This document shows positions 36,430 through 49,847 of a stretch of DNA of 64,000 bases, in pieces. The position numbers and the translations under genes were made by a program. Positions within the stretch are counted from its first letter, which is position 1, and each line of letters starts with the position of its first letter. Location of the stretch: NCBI GenBank assembly GCA_951406725.2, contig OX597842.1:28334001-28398000 (forward strand), read 5' to 3'. The notes beneath the pieces were generated by a model, which was not told where the DNA came from, did no database searches, and was given only the letters and a program-made list of their open reading frames with translations. The stretch comes from Octopus vulgaris (lineage: Eukaryota).

Positions 36430-38812
36430 TGTACTCACCTACCATATCAGTGTAACTCATAATTTCTTTGTAGACAACCTGAAGATTTATGCTAAAAGTG
36501 TGAACAATGCTTAAAAACAACTGGAATTAATAACCTTTTCAGCTGAGGTAGGCATGGAATTTGGCCAAAAGAAAAGTTCGGATTTGGTTATAGAACAAGG
36601 AAAGTCAGTACCCCAAACCCAAAACCTGTGCATCAACGGTCTCTCCCGCTTCCTCCTTCTCTCTCTCTCTCTGACTTTTTATGTATATATATATATTTAC
36701 AAATACACTTCCATAAATACATATGTACATACATACAGGTATAACAACAGACATGCATACATAATTACATATATATACATACACGCATACATGTATAACA
36801 AAATATGATAGCAGAGTGTGTAAAGTAATATTTAAGTTGAATGATTAACTTAAAACCAACTGGAATTAATTCCAACCTTTTCAGCTGCTATTGGCAGACA
36901 GCCTTTCATCCAACCTTTCAACAGGTCTTGTTTTTAATTTTGTTGGGTTTCTAGCAACGCTCCTTTCCTTATCCATCCATAGTACATGACCATACCAATA
37001 CAAATGTCTCTCCTGTACGCCACATCCAATGCTTCTTATCTCCAACATTTCTCTCAGGATGCTTACACTCTGTCGTGCATGCACACTGACATTACACATC
37101 CAGCGGCTCATGCTAGCTTCATTTCTTTCAAGCCTACACGTCCTCTACAATCACAGCCCATGTTTCACTGCTGTGAAGCATGGCAATTCGCACACATGCA
37201 TCGTACAATCTACCTTTCACTCTGAGCGAGAGACCCTTTGTCGCCAGTAGGTGTAGGAGCTTTCTAAACTTTGCCCAGGCTATTCTTTTTCTAGTGGTGA
37301 CACTCTCTGAGCATCCACCCCCACTACTAACTTGCTCACCTAGGTAGTGGAAGCTATCAACTGCTTCTAGTTTCTTCCCCTGGAGTGTGATGGAATCTGT
37401 TTTCTGAGTATCTGTGCTGTATATTGCCCCCCCCCTGTGCATCTGCCTCACACGAAAGCTATCTTCCTGGTTAACCTTCCTTTGATGTTGCTGCACCTCT
37501 TATGTGTCCATAGTTTACACTGAGTACATCTTATGGAGTTTCTACCTACACCCTTTCTACAAATCGAGCAGGGCCACCTACCTTAGCAGGTGTAATAAAA
37601 GTTTCTATAAAGAAATAATTGTAGATACAACCACAAATCACCAGAGGGACAGAATACTTGTTTCTCCACAGAAACAGGGTTTTTCTTTTCACCCTCATCC
37701 TCTCTTATCAATTATGATCATATTCAGAATAGACAGTGTGAAGGCACATGGCTACCTTGGAAGTTGGAACACCTACTCCAGAGTACTGGAGGTTGTGGCT
37801 ATCAGGCAGACCAGCATTCGTGACCATCTTGAGTGGCTACAGGTTTATACATCTCCAAGACTTCTGGTAATGGGTCGTGGAGTAATTATGTTAATTCAGA
37901 GAGGACTGGATCTCATACCATCAACCAGGACATAGTAGATACGTTGGTAGTGCTGGACATGACCAGTGGTGTAAGCCATTCGTTCCTTTATAATTCAGAG
38001 TAGGTGGGGTAGTCAGTGTTCTTCAGACATCTGGAAGCCTTCTTAAAAATGTTCCACATCTTAAAGCAAGGAAAAGTCTTTTAAATGAATGCAAGGGCCG
38101 TTAGAAGAGGGTGGAAACGCCTTGCATATCTGCTCAGATGCTTCCAGCTGTCTCACAAGTACCAAATGGATTACTTGGAGGCACCATTGTGGCCATGGAC
38201 AAAATAATATATGGTCATCCAGATCGTATCCACGAGGTGGAGTTAAAAGGTTCACCAATTAGTTATTTTTAATAAAAAATAACTTACCCATCTACATCGA
38301 AAGAGTCACCTTGAGCAGCAATTTACCTGTTCCACAAATCCACCAGTGTAATTTATCTCTATATACATGCATACTTTCATACACACACACACACACACAC
38401 AATTTGAGAGGTCTTGGTATCCAGAAGACCTAAATGGCAGGTAAGGCTATGTAGGTGCTACAGGAGGACCAGTGTTAGACTCCCGGTTCAATAATAGTAT
38501 GAGCGAGGGGGTCCAACGCGGGTCGTGTGTGAGTATGTATATGTTGAATAAAGTGAGACAACAAAGCCAAGGCAGTGTGATATTTTGGGGACATTTTAAA
38601 GAGAAAGGTAGTCTTACAGTGATATTCCCCTTAGATTAGATAGATGGAAGAGCATTGTAGAAAATGAAGGAGGGTATATTTTAGATTAAAATACAACTTT
38701 GCTTATCGTAATTTTGGAAAATAAAAGAAGCATAAAAAACTCCATTATTTATGGGGTGACCCGATATATGTGTGTGTGTATATATACATATATATATATG
38801 TATATATACACA

Positions 38813-38903
<91 letters not shown>

Positions 38904-39900
38904 CACACATATGTACATATGTACATAGTATGTTAGTAAAAAGCTCAGAGATGATAGTAACATTGATCATCAAAGCAGTCTATCATGGACCAATAGCCAG
39001 GTAACTACCTCCCACTTTGAAGGGTATGTGTTTGCAATCCAGGAACAGGAAATATCAACCTGATGCGCAAAAGGGGTAGAGATGCAGGAGAAGCAGTAAA
39101 ATATGGCAACCGACACCTACTTTGTGGAATTAACACTGACGATATCAGCCACATCACACGTCATTGTCCAAAAATGTCATCACGGTTCTCTACCAATGAG
39201 ACATGATGTTGTAGCAAGGACACTCTATAATGAAATCTGTCAGAAGGATAACCCTGCGGACAGAGAAATAAGAACCCACAGTACAGTAGAAACCATAGCC
39301 ACTGGTGGAATGTCCCAGTGAAGACCTCAGTAAAATGTAAGCACAAAAGACCTGATATAATGATTTGGGATAGAGGAGAGAAACTGTGTAGAGTTGTGGA
39401 AATTAGCTGCCCAACAGATGTTAACATAAATCTGAAGATGAGTGAAAAAGAGAATACCTACATTGAACTATTGAGAAATCTGCAGTTAATCTATTCAGAT
39501 TACAAGTTCAGGCTTATACCTGTAGTTATTGGGGCACTGTGGATATGGAACATACTGCCTAAATACCAATCTTCAGAAATTAGGCTTCTCAAAAATCTTT
39601 AAAACATGAACTCAGGACGACAAGCGAGAAACTTTGCTATCACATGCAAATTTTTGAACAAGCCAATATCAATCGTGAGTTTGCTTCCAACCCACAAGCA
39701 TTATAGAGAGAGACAAGGAAGGAAAACATTACCATTAAGAAAGTTCCCTCCCGAGAAGCTCTACAATCATTCTGGGGAAAAATTTGGAATGAAAAGAGGG
39801 ATTTCAACCTCAATGCATCATGGTTAAATAGAACTGAGAAAGAATACTGTACTAACACTAACAGTAAAACATACAAAATTGATGCAGAAACCTTTGCTAT
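36430..39900 (+). mobile_element. Fragmented R4/Dong-type (restriction-like endonuclease) non-LTR fossil with nested insertions
   Basis: RT piece THNFFVDNLKIYA...GMEFG (36430-36640); C-terminal EGYVFAIQEQEI, RHDVVA and RPDIMIWD...VEISCP...IPVVIGAL (39000-39600). Confidence 0.75.
36950..37580 (-). mobile_element. Old RTE RT fragment
   Basis: VDSFHYLGEQVSSGGG...KGRLYDACVR, with frameshifts. Confidence 0.85.
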
Positions 39901-39958
39901 AGCAGTAGGAAATCTCTTAACTGCACAGCCACGCTTGAACCTATTTTATACAGTCACA

Positions 39959-39993
<35 letters not shown>

Positions 39994-40279
39994 CACTGTA
40001 GTGTCCAGATGATCAGCCATTGCTGTGCCCTGCTGGTCACACTGCAATTCTTCACGTTATTCTGAGGACAAAGGTGTATAAGCGACACAGATCATGATAT
40101 TCTCCTGAAACAGGGCACCAGTCGATCACAGGGTTATTTATTTACAACTCAGTTGACGGGAACAATGTGAAATGAGGTATTCATCTGAGGGCCTCTAAGC
40201 ACCACCCTCTGGGATTCGAAATCATGAACACAAGATTGGGAACGCCATAACGTAATCACTAGGCCACACATGTTTACAA

Positions 40280-40329
<50 letters not shown>

Positions 40330-40849
40330 TGTGTGTGTGTATGATCATGTTTCCATATAGGTGTTGCCCAATAAAACCAATGATAAAAATTTTAACAAGT
40401 TGTCAAGGTTTAAGTGGGCTTCATATAATCTCCATACATAGGTGTGAGTGTGTATGTGTGTACTAAATGAATTGAATTAGACTTTGAGAGGATAAGTTGT
40501 AAACAACATCCAAGGTCACAGAAATTCATATCAGTTAAAGAGTAGCATGATATTGAGTGAACGTAATAAAAGAAGATAAAATGTATAGATAAATATAATT
40601 CCACGAAAAACACAATGAATAGCCTTATTGGCTGAGACGACTTACTTCCTTTTACTACAATTATATAAATTTATGAATCTAAGATCATTTTATTCATACC
40701 AGTGAGAGGACTTGAAGATTGATATCTCAAATTTTAAAACTCCGAACAACCTTACTCAGCTGAAAATCTTAAAACTCAAACTTATCCAACTGAAAACTTC
40801 TGATTCAAGGTAAAGAAAAATTTTCTCGTCTTAAATCTTGTCATATATA

Positions 40850-41990
40850 AGCCAAAATTTGGTACAATCCCTTCCAGGATCTTCCAGATGTATATCACTG
40901 CATATCTTCCCCACCTTCACTCTAGGGAGTAAAGTCTTACCTGTTTCAGCCTTCCCCAGTAGTTGAGCTGTTGCAATGAGATGATATTCTTTTAGTAGCT
41001 TCACTGGATTGCTTCAAGGTCCACTGTTAATTTTACACTGTGGGGTGACCGTTGTTAGGAGCAGTAGTCCAGGCAGCTGAGGATAAATGTCCTCCAGCGG
41101 ACCATCATGGTTTCTTTGTCCCTGGCTCTGAAGGTTCTCAGGATCCATCCATCCAGCCATCTGCACTTTGTCGTCATCTTGTTAAAGTGCACTTGGAAAG
41201 AGGTATCATCACTCATGTCGATACCCAGATCACACACGTGATTGTAATTCCCCACTAGGCCAGTAAACCCTGTATGTTTTCCGTTCAAATTTGGGTGCTG
41301 GTAGTGCAGGGCTTGAAATTTTCCAGCATTAAACTGCATATTATTGTCCTCAGACCATCTGTAAATTGCATCCAGCTACTGCTGCAGGCATGCAACATCA
41401 CTACGGTTTTGCATTTTCTGCAAAAATTTCTCCGTAGCTAGCAAAGGTATCAGGGCAGTGGAGAGCATATCTGAGAGGGCCACTATGAAAATCATTGGCC
41501 CTAAGACAGTGCCCTGTGGAACACCACTCACTATTTGTGGTTCCGCTGAGGTGGTACCACTGGCTACCACTGCCTGACTTCTGTCTTTCAGAAAGTCATG
41601 TAATCATTCTCCAAGTTTTCCACCTTTGCCAAGATCACGTTGTTTTTGGCATATCATATCATGATTAACTTTATCAAAAGCTTTTGCAAAGTATATTACG
41701 TCCACATTTGAGTTGTTAAGTAACTGTTTCAGCACCCAGTCATTGTGCTATAGGAGCTGTGTCAGGCAACTCCTACTTGGTTGAAAACCATGCTATCACT
41801 CAGCAAGTCGCTTTCTTCCAGGAATGACTTTGCTTGTGTGTGAAGTCAGAGAGATAGGCCTATAAGTTATGGCACCTGCTCTGCTTCCTCCTTCATGGAT
41901 TGGGCATATTATTCCCTTCTAAAGTTTGCTTGGCAGCTTGCCATTCGCAAGAAAACTCTGGAGGAAAATCTGTAGTGGTTTTTCCTGGGC
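40850..41990 (-). mobile_element. Degenerate CR1/L2-group LINE RT fragment
   Basis: IVSGVPQGTVLGP, MQFNAGKFQ and LDYCS pieces. Confidence 0.88.
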
Positions 41991-42019
41991 ATATATATGT
42001 ATATACATTATATATATAT

Positions 42020-42806
42020 AAATATTGATCATAGAACAAACATCAAATTCGAGTCAGCGACTTTATATATAACACCGTAACATTTCATCATATATAAATA
42101 TTACCATGGCTCTTAAACATAAAAAGTATACATATATAAAATACACAGAAGGTAAAAATATATACACGAATAAAAACACAGATATATAGAACAGCCTATC
42201 AAGAAGGTATATACAATTGGCTAAAAATTCCAAAGCGTGTCGTGCTGCTAAAAATCCAATTAAACTAAAATAAAATATCAATCGACTAAACAAAGAATTT
42301 GTTGAGATTCCTGTTCATCATGATGTGGGGGTCATTGCCAAGATGCGCTTTAACTCATAATCGAACTGCGGCAATGAACTCCTGAAATGGCCATAGGTGT
42401 GTTTCACTTGATTTTGTGGAACTCTTTTTGCTACTGGACTCTAACCTACCATGGGTTTTATGAAACAAACTTTTTTCACGTACTCTTTCATTTGAGGGGA
42501 GTAAGAAAATTTTTCTTTTTAGTCGATATTTTATTTGGATTTTTAGTAGCATGACACGCTTTAGAATTCTTAGTCGATTGTATATACCTTCTTGATAGGC
42601 CGTTCTATACACCTGCATTTTTATTCACATATATATTTTTTACCTTTGATGATTTTTATGTCTACTTTATATGTTTTTTTTTATATATGTATACTCTGTA
42701 TGTTTAAGAGCCATGGTAATATTTATATATGATGAAATGTTTGGAGATACGGTGTTATATATAAAGTCATTGACTCGAATTTGATGTTTATTTTATGATC
42801 AATGTT
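42020..42806. repeat. Unclassified inverted repeat, ~280-bp arms, ~200-bp spacer
   Basis: acatcaaattcgagtca / tgactcgaatttgatgt and cctatcaagaaggtatatacaat / attgtatataccttcttgatagg. Confidence 0.85.
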
Positions 42807-43026
42807 TCTTTATCTCTGTCTCAGTTACATTTGAGCACTTCTTTTTTTGCAGTCCTATAAACCCTTTGTTTCCATAGAAAGGAGACAAAAATTATTTCTT
42901 GTCGTATATATATGTATATATATGTAAAAGGGCACCATTCAAGCGTGATCGTTACCAACATCGCCTCACTGGCACCTGTGCCAATGGCATGTGTAAAAAG
43001 ATTTGAGCAAGATCATTGCCAGTACC

Positions 43027-43255
43027 TATTTCTTTATTACCCATAAGGGGCTAAACACAGAGGGGACAAACAAGGACAGACATAGGTATTAAGTCGATTA
43101 CATCGACCCCAGTGCGTAACTGGTACTTAATTAATCGACCCCGAATGGATGAAAGGCAAAGTCGACCTCAGCAGAATTTGAACTCAGAACGTAGCTGTAG
43201 ACGAAATACCGCTAAGCATTTCGCCCGGCATGCTAACGTTTCTGCCAGCTCGCCG
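43027..43255 (-). mobile_element. SINE family C inserted in an RTE tail with a 14-bp TSD
   Basis: tcattgccagtacc at 43013-43026 and 43256-43269; minus-strand gagttcaaattc B-box and a gcctttcatcc..ggggtcgat..aagtaccag central domain. Confidence 0.9.
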
Positions 43256-43483
43256 TCATTGCCAGTACCGCCTGACTGACCCCCATGCCAGTAGCACATA
43301 AACAGCACCCACTACACTCTCGGAGTGGTTGGCGTTAGGAAGGGCATCCAGCTGTAGAAACTCTGCCAGGTCAAGATTGGAGCCTGGTGCGGTCATCTGG
43401 TTCGCTAGCCCTCAGCCAAAATCGTCCAACGCATGCTAGCATGGAAAGCGGACGTTAAACGATGATGATGATAATATACATAC

Positions 43484-43685
43484 TTCTTTACTACCCACAA
43501 GGGGATAAACACAGAGGGGACAAACAAGGACAGACTCCAGTGCGTAACTGGTACTTAATTAATGGAACCCTGAAAGGATGAAAGGCAAAGTCGACCTCAG
43601 CGGAATTTGAACTCAGAACGTAACGGCAGACGTAGTATGGCTACGCATTTCGCCCTGCGTGCTAACGGTTCCGCCAGCTCGCCGC
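43484..43685 (-). mobile_element. Second SINE family C copy (internal deletion)
   Basis: Homologous to 43027-43255. Confidence 0.85.
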
Positions 43686-43689
43686 ATAC

Positions 43690-45260
43690 ACACACACAGC
43701 ACACACGCTCGCGCGCACACACACACACATGTGCACAAAAATGGTTCATACACATGTCTATATACGCACATGCACAAGAAAAAACAGGGCTAGAGGCAAA
43801 ATACAGGATCTTTTCCTTTTGAACGGCACATGGCAACACAATTTCTAGTTAACTAAACACTTTTAAACTCCATATACTGGTAGAATGTGTTTATAAAGTA
43901 TCATTTTTTCTTTGCTTTATTGAGAAAATTCTATAGTTTGTAAGATATTTCCTCTTTAAAATCGAGGATTTCGGCAATTTTAACCAATCGCTGGAGTCTA
44001 TTTGGAGTGAAAACATTCCGTGCTGTATGAATATGTCCCTCCTTTAAGAAACAGATTGGGATTATTTACATTTGCGAAGAAAAAAAGATACCCTTCCCCC
44101 ACACCTAACCCTAACCCTAACCATAATTCTAAACCTAACCCTAAAATAGATTGAAATGCAATAGATTGATACTAGGGTTATAATTATGGGTGACATTTTC
44201 ATTTGACTCCGCCAGAAAAAAATCCCATTTTCCATAGCGGTGTCGTATGAAATTGTCACCCATAATTATAACCCTAGTATCGATCTATAGCATTTCAATC
44301 TATTTTAGATTTAGGGTTAGAGTTAGGGTGAGTTAGGCTTAGGGTTAGGGGTGGGGAAGGGTATCTTTTTTTCTTCGCAAATGTAAATAAACCCAATCTG
44401 TTTCTTAAATGAGGGACATATTCATACAGCACGGAATGTTTTCACCCGAAATGGACTCCAGCGATTGGTTAAAATTGCCGAAATGCTTGAATTTAAAGGG
44501 GAAATATCTTACAACATATAGAATTTTCTCAATAAAGCCAAGAAAATGTGATATTGTGTTGACATGTGCCGTTCAAAAGGAAAAGATCCAAAATACATAT
44601 AAAAAAATAAGTAATAAAAGTAAAACATGTCTATATACGCACGCACACACACACACAAAAAGGTTCATATACACATCTATATACGCACATGTACAAGAAA
44701 AAACGGCTAAAGGCAAAATAGAGGAAAATGGGCAAAAAATGTGTAAAAAAGACAAAGACTAAAACACATCTATATACACACATACTCGCATGCACGTGTG
44801 TCCACGTACAAGCTTTTTATCTCTCTATACTTTTTACTTATATTTCTTTATATTTTTTATATATATATATCTATATATTTTTTACATATTTATAGAGATA
44901 TTGTTTTATAGGTTTATTGCTCATATATTTTTTACACATATATTTTCTCTATTCTACCTTCCACCCTGCATTTTCCCTTTGCGTATATAGAGTGTATATG
45001 GAATCTTTTGTGCGCGCGTGTGGATGTGTGCATGTGTGCGGATACAGGCGTATATAGACGTGTGTGCGTGCATGCGAGCATGTGCGTATATAGGACGTGT
45101 TTTACTCATTGTCTTTTTACATATTTTTTTACACATTTTCCTGTATTTTGCCTTTAGCCGTGTTTTTTCTTGTACATGTGTGTATATAGACGTGTGTATG
45201 AACCGTTTATTGTGCACGCATGTGTGTGTGCGTATATAGACGTGCGGGTATGCGCGTATA
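43690..45260. mobile_element. Older internally repetitive palindromic element hosting the foldback
   Basis: tacaagaaaaaacggctaaaggcaaaata (43775 variant, 44692) inverted at ~45143-45174. Confidence 0.6.
43806..44589. mobile_element. Foldback/MITE-type DNA element, near-fully palindromic, with internal telomere-like repeats and TSD
   Basis: Ends ggatcttttcctt..gaacggcacatg / catgtgccgttc..aaggaaaagatcc; flanked by aaaataca on both sides; (CCCTAA)n at ~44104-44143 and (TTAGGG)n at ~44311-44349. Confidence 0.9.
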
Positions 45261-45842
45261 TAGACGTGTGTGTTGACCAGACTATCAAATGCTGTTACAC
45301 ATCCCTGGTCACAATGTGCTTTGCATCATTTCATCTTTCAAGCAGGCCAGTGAGTGTTCCCCCTAATCACAACACAAGTCTCTTGGAGGGTGATCCATTT
45401 ACAGCTGAGTGGACTGCAGCAAAGTGAAATGAGGTGTTTTGCTCAAGAATACAAGGTACTGCTCAGTATGGGAATTGAACCCACAATCTAGCCACTGTAA
45501 GTGCAACACCCTAACCACTAGGCCACACGCCTTTACACACACACACGCGCACACAAACACACACACATATGTATACATATACATAGATATACATATGTTT
45601 GTATATGCATGTATGGTAGTCATTTTTACGTCTGTTTTCCATGCTAGCATGGGTTAGATGAATATGTATTTGATGCCTTTTTTTATTTCTGGATCCCCTT
45701 CATGTCCTTAATCCTTACCTGTTGCTCAAGTAGGGGATCTCTTATTCCAATGGTCTATTCGTCAACGGGAGAAATGATAACAATCTAATCACCGAAAGCT
45801 AAGAAATTGCCAGAGACAACAAATGTAAACACACACACGCCT

Positions 45843-46255
45843 TTGTGTGTGTGTGCTTGTGTGTGTGTGCATGTGTGTGCTGTGTGTGTGTGCATGTGTG
45901 TGTGTGCTTTTGTGTGTGTGTGCTTGTGTGTGTGTGTGCTTGTGTGTATGCTTCTGTGTGTGTGTGTGCTTGTATGTGTGTGTGTGCTGGTATGTGTGTG
46001 TGTGCTTCTGTGTGTGTGTGTGTGCTGGTATGTGTGTGTGTGTGTGCTTGTGTGTGTGTGCTTGTATGTGTGTGTGTGTGTGTGCTTGTATGTGTGTGTG
46101 TGTGTGTGCTGGTATGTGTGTGTGCTTCTGTGTGTGTGTGCTGGTATGTGTGTGTGTGTGTGTTGTGTGTGTGTGCTTGTGTGTGTGTGCTTGTGCATGT
46201 GTGTGCTTGTATGTGTGTGTGTGTGTGTGCTTGTATGTGTGTGTGTGTGTGTGTG
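45843..46255. repeat. (TG)n-based compound microsatellite with periodic GCT interruptions
   Basis: Direct reading. Confidence 0.95.
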
Positions 46256-46463
46256 ACCAATGAGACTGTGATAAGCAGAGCAATGTAGCAAACCAAAAGA
46301 TGCAACACAATGACTGTTGTTAGGTTTATTAGTGTCAAGAAGAACATTCAGCTATAAATAATTGTTGAGATAAGCTGAAGTTTTTAATATTTCTTTAAAT
46401 TGCTCTTTACCTCATTTTATAAGTTTTTAAAAACTATCTTATTTTCCTTTTTATTCAAAAGAC

Positions 46464-46547
46464 ATGGATGTAGATAAGATCATAAGCAAGATTCAGAATG
46501 GGGACTTTAAAGAAGTGAAACGATTTATAAAAAAAAATCCTGAAACT
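46464..46547 (+). CDS. Ankyrin-repeat gene, coding exon 1 (MDVDKIISKIQNGDFKEVKRFIKKNPET)
   Basis: AG acceptor at 46460-61, ATG 46464, GTAAGT donor at 46548, phase 0. Confidence 0.65.
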
Positions 46548-46689
46548 GTAAGTTTACTTTATATTGCTTCTTCAATGTTAAATGTTTGTTTATTATTTTA
46601 TACACAATATTAAATGTTCCTAAATAACCAGATATATTTGTCCATAATATTTCATTTCTTTCTTTACCTCTTTCCTCTAATCCTCATCA

Positions 46690-47100
46690 TTGTCACTTTT
46701 TATAAATATTCAACCAGACAATGAGGCATGCCAGAATTGATGGAATGTGAGTGAGAGAGAAACCCATCCTTACACACTGCAATGGAGTATTCTGGCAGGA
46801 AATATTCAGTCCAAGAGATGGGGGAAAGATGGACCCAATAGATAAATGATGACTTTGTCAAGAAATTCTCTTGCCATACACAGTTAAAGGTTTTACCGAC
46901 GTCAAGGGCTACAGTATTTCTTTTGCAGAAGTTGTCAAACATAACCAAAACACTGGGGAGTCACATAGGAATCAGACCCCTGCTTGAACCGGCTTTATGG
47001 AACTGTACTGGGGCTCATTGAATAGAGAAAGATACCCAAAGGGAGAAAGATGATGGTTGTTTATGACTTTTTACTTCATAATTGAAATATTAGAAGTTAG
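46690..47100 (-). mobile_element. Highly degenerate LINE RT remnant (intronic)
   Basis: VALDVGKTFNCVW...INSGMP resembles RT motifs DxxKAFDxVW and GVPQG. Confidence 0.55.
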
Positions 47101-49337
47101 AATGACTGGCTGGTAGTCAGCAGATAGGACACTATCAGCAAGAATTATAAAACAGGGCTTCTCTAAGAGAGTAATGCTACCCTTGGGTAGGGATTGCAAA
47201 GAATTTTATAAGGACCAGGGAGCCAAGGCGGCTATGGTTGTACAAATATATAAAACTCAATGTGTAGTTGAGTTTGGATCAGAAACTAAAGTGAAGTGGT
47301 GATGCATCAAATGTTCACTTATTGTGGGGTGGTGCTGTGGTAAGTAGTCACCCATGTCAAGACTAGGACCCAAAAGTAAATTAATCTGACCTGTGAGAAC
47401 ATTAAAAATCAGAGATATTGAATCATAGCAAGAAAAGGGGCATTGAAAAACTCTTAGTAAATAAAAAAGGGCCATAATTGAAAAGTTTAAGAAGCACTGG
47501 TATAGAACCATCATGGTTAGGGAGTGGTGGGTGGAATGATTCTGTAAAATCTATAGAGATACTCTAGGTAAGAGACCAGAAAATGTGGCTTTTAATTTGG
47601 GAGGGAAGACAGCTGACAAATGGTGAAATGCAGAAAAAACATCCTTTAATTTCTTGATGACCATCATACATGTATTTCAATGGTGGGTGAATGTCTGCCA
47701 GTTTAGTGAGGGTAGGTGTTTTCCTCAAGGTGAAGTCAATAGTGTTTTTTTGTACAGGTGTAATACAGTTGTGTATGAACCACTCACACCTTCTTACATA
47801 TTGTATGGCTACAAACTAATGTAAGCCCTGACACTGCTGCTGCCTCATTTAGGCTCAAAATTCCGATCCCTACTTTCAGAATATTTCTTATTTTCTCCAT
47901 TGTTTCTTTTCATTTCTATCTCCTCCTTTTCCATAGTTGCACATATTTAGCTGTGGTTGGTGTCGTTCCAAAGTTGTCGCAGATATCTAATCACAAATAA
48001 TTACTTTGTAATAGATTCAGTGATTAGCGTAAAAGGATTTTCAATCTTTTCCTTGAGCTTATGCATGAACTGAACAGTCTTTCTAAGCTTTTTTCGCCCT
48101 GGTTTACCTGTGCTCTACAGTCAATAGAATAAGGGACAGTTCTCTAAAACCTTTCTTGTAGATTTGCTTTCATTCTTTTTCAAGCTGATCTCATGTGGCT
48201 GTTTCACCAGACATGACATCTGAAGATCCATGCTTCATTTCAAACATCCTGTTCTTCTCTCACCATTTCTTAAACCTCTTTCATCATTATAGCATTAAAT
48301 GAAAGTGCTACTATGCCAGGCATCAGTGATAACACAGTGTAGAATTTCATGAGCTTTTCCAGGGAATACTAAACTAAAACCCTGTCTGACATATTTAGAA
48401 TCTACACAATTATTTCTGAGGGTTTTCACCCTTTATAGCTCTTCACCTGTCCAATTACTTTATACACCATCTTATGGTCTAATCTCTGCGGTTGGTTAGT
48501 ATAGATGGTTTCTCTTATTTACCCGTGTGTCTCCTATAAGGTACCAAGTTTGAAATCTTGTCAGTGTTCTCTTCAATTCATAATTGATATCACAGATACC
48601 AGTAATAAACTGGAAGCTTGTCTCAACTGATTTTTTTTGGCCTTTAGTCAGACAAAAGTGAGGTTGTAACTAAAGACAGACATTTTATGTTTCATAAGAA
48701 AGACTCTTCCATCTTCCATGAAACGGTATTTGTACTGGTTTCCCTCAATATTGCTCTGTCCACTTCTATGAAAGGTCAGGAAGCACAAATCATTTCAAGA
48801 AAGACACCAATGGTCGCCTAAAGTGCATGTCATAGTATAACACAGAATAAAACTCATAAAGACATAAAAGGGAGCAGTAAAAGAACCATAAAAAGGAAAG
48901 GGTGCATAGGAACCTCAGATGTAGTGTTTCTGAATTACAGAAAGTGTGGTGTTTTTGAAGGATACAGCTAATAACCAATGTAGATAGTTTATTCCATGCC
49001 TTGACAATTCTGAGCATAAAAATATTGTTTCTGATATCATGGAAACTGGGATGGGTGTTTTTTTTTTACTTTATAAGCATGTCTCAGAGTGGTAAAGATA
49101 TTAAATTCCAGAAGTGGTCAAATTTGTTATTGGAAGATGAGGGATAATCTTGTGGGATCAAGTGAGTTGCTAGAAATGACAAAATTCTGTGTTGATGCAT
49201 GGAGAAGCAATACATTTAAGAAATGATAAGTGATTGAGTGAGGCTAATTGTATGGTTGTACATCTATGGACAGCTTCCAGTAGATTGGCATTCTGGACAA
49301 AATGAGCATACCAGATTGGAGATGTAACCTATACATG

Positions 49338-49640
49338 ATGGCTAACCCCCTCGTTATCGAGTATGGCCATTGCACGAAGCTTAACTGTTATTGATGCTGT
49401 GATCGAATGTGACTTGTTAGCCCAGCTAAAGATCTACAATGTCTTGTACAAAATTGGCAACTAAGACCTTCACTGGTAATAGCCGGCTGTAGTTGTAACT
49501 GGGCTTCATGTACCTTTGCATGTCGTTTAAGTCCTCCTGCCGAATTACACTCTCTTCCACATGCCCGACAGATATGATTAGTATGGTGTGTTACACCACC
49601 ACCAGTGGCCAGGTGGTCACTCATCTGTCTCGCTTTATGA
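49338..49640 (-). mobile_element. 3' end of an RTE-BovB-type LINE with C-terminal zinc fingers
   Basis: CRACGRECNSAGGLKRHAKVH...CQFCTRHCRSLAGLTSHIRSQH-stop, then a short 3' UTR shared with 49848-49893. Confidence 0.65.
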
Positions 49641-49847
49641 CTATGAAGATGACGCGTGAGTCATCCTATACATACATACATGTATACATATCAGCATATA
49701 TATAACAAAGTATGGATATAGTAATCTAATTAGGTAACAATGTCTAAGTTAAATGTTTGTGAGAATTTGAAGTTGTAGCTTTACTCTACTTAGACCAGTG
49801 GTGGGACTTGAATGACTGGAACTATACATACATACATACATATATAT

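Noticed and set aside
37700-38270. Possible endonuclease remnant of another LINE
   Set aside because: Too degenerate to assign by eye
44100-44350. Telomere or chromosome-fusion scar
   Set aside because: The tracts are short and degenerate, lie inside a TIR/TSD-bounded element, and are in CCCTAA-then-TTAGGG order, opposite to an end-to-end fusion
49388-49624. Host C2H2 zinc-finger gene on the - strand
   Set aside because: No TGEKP linkers; the pattern and following tail fit the C-terminus of an RTE-BovB-type ORF
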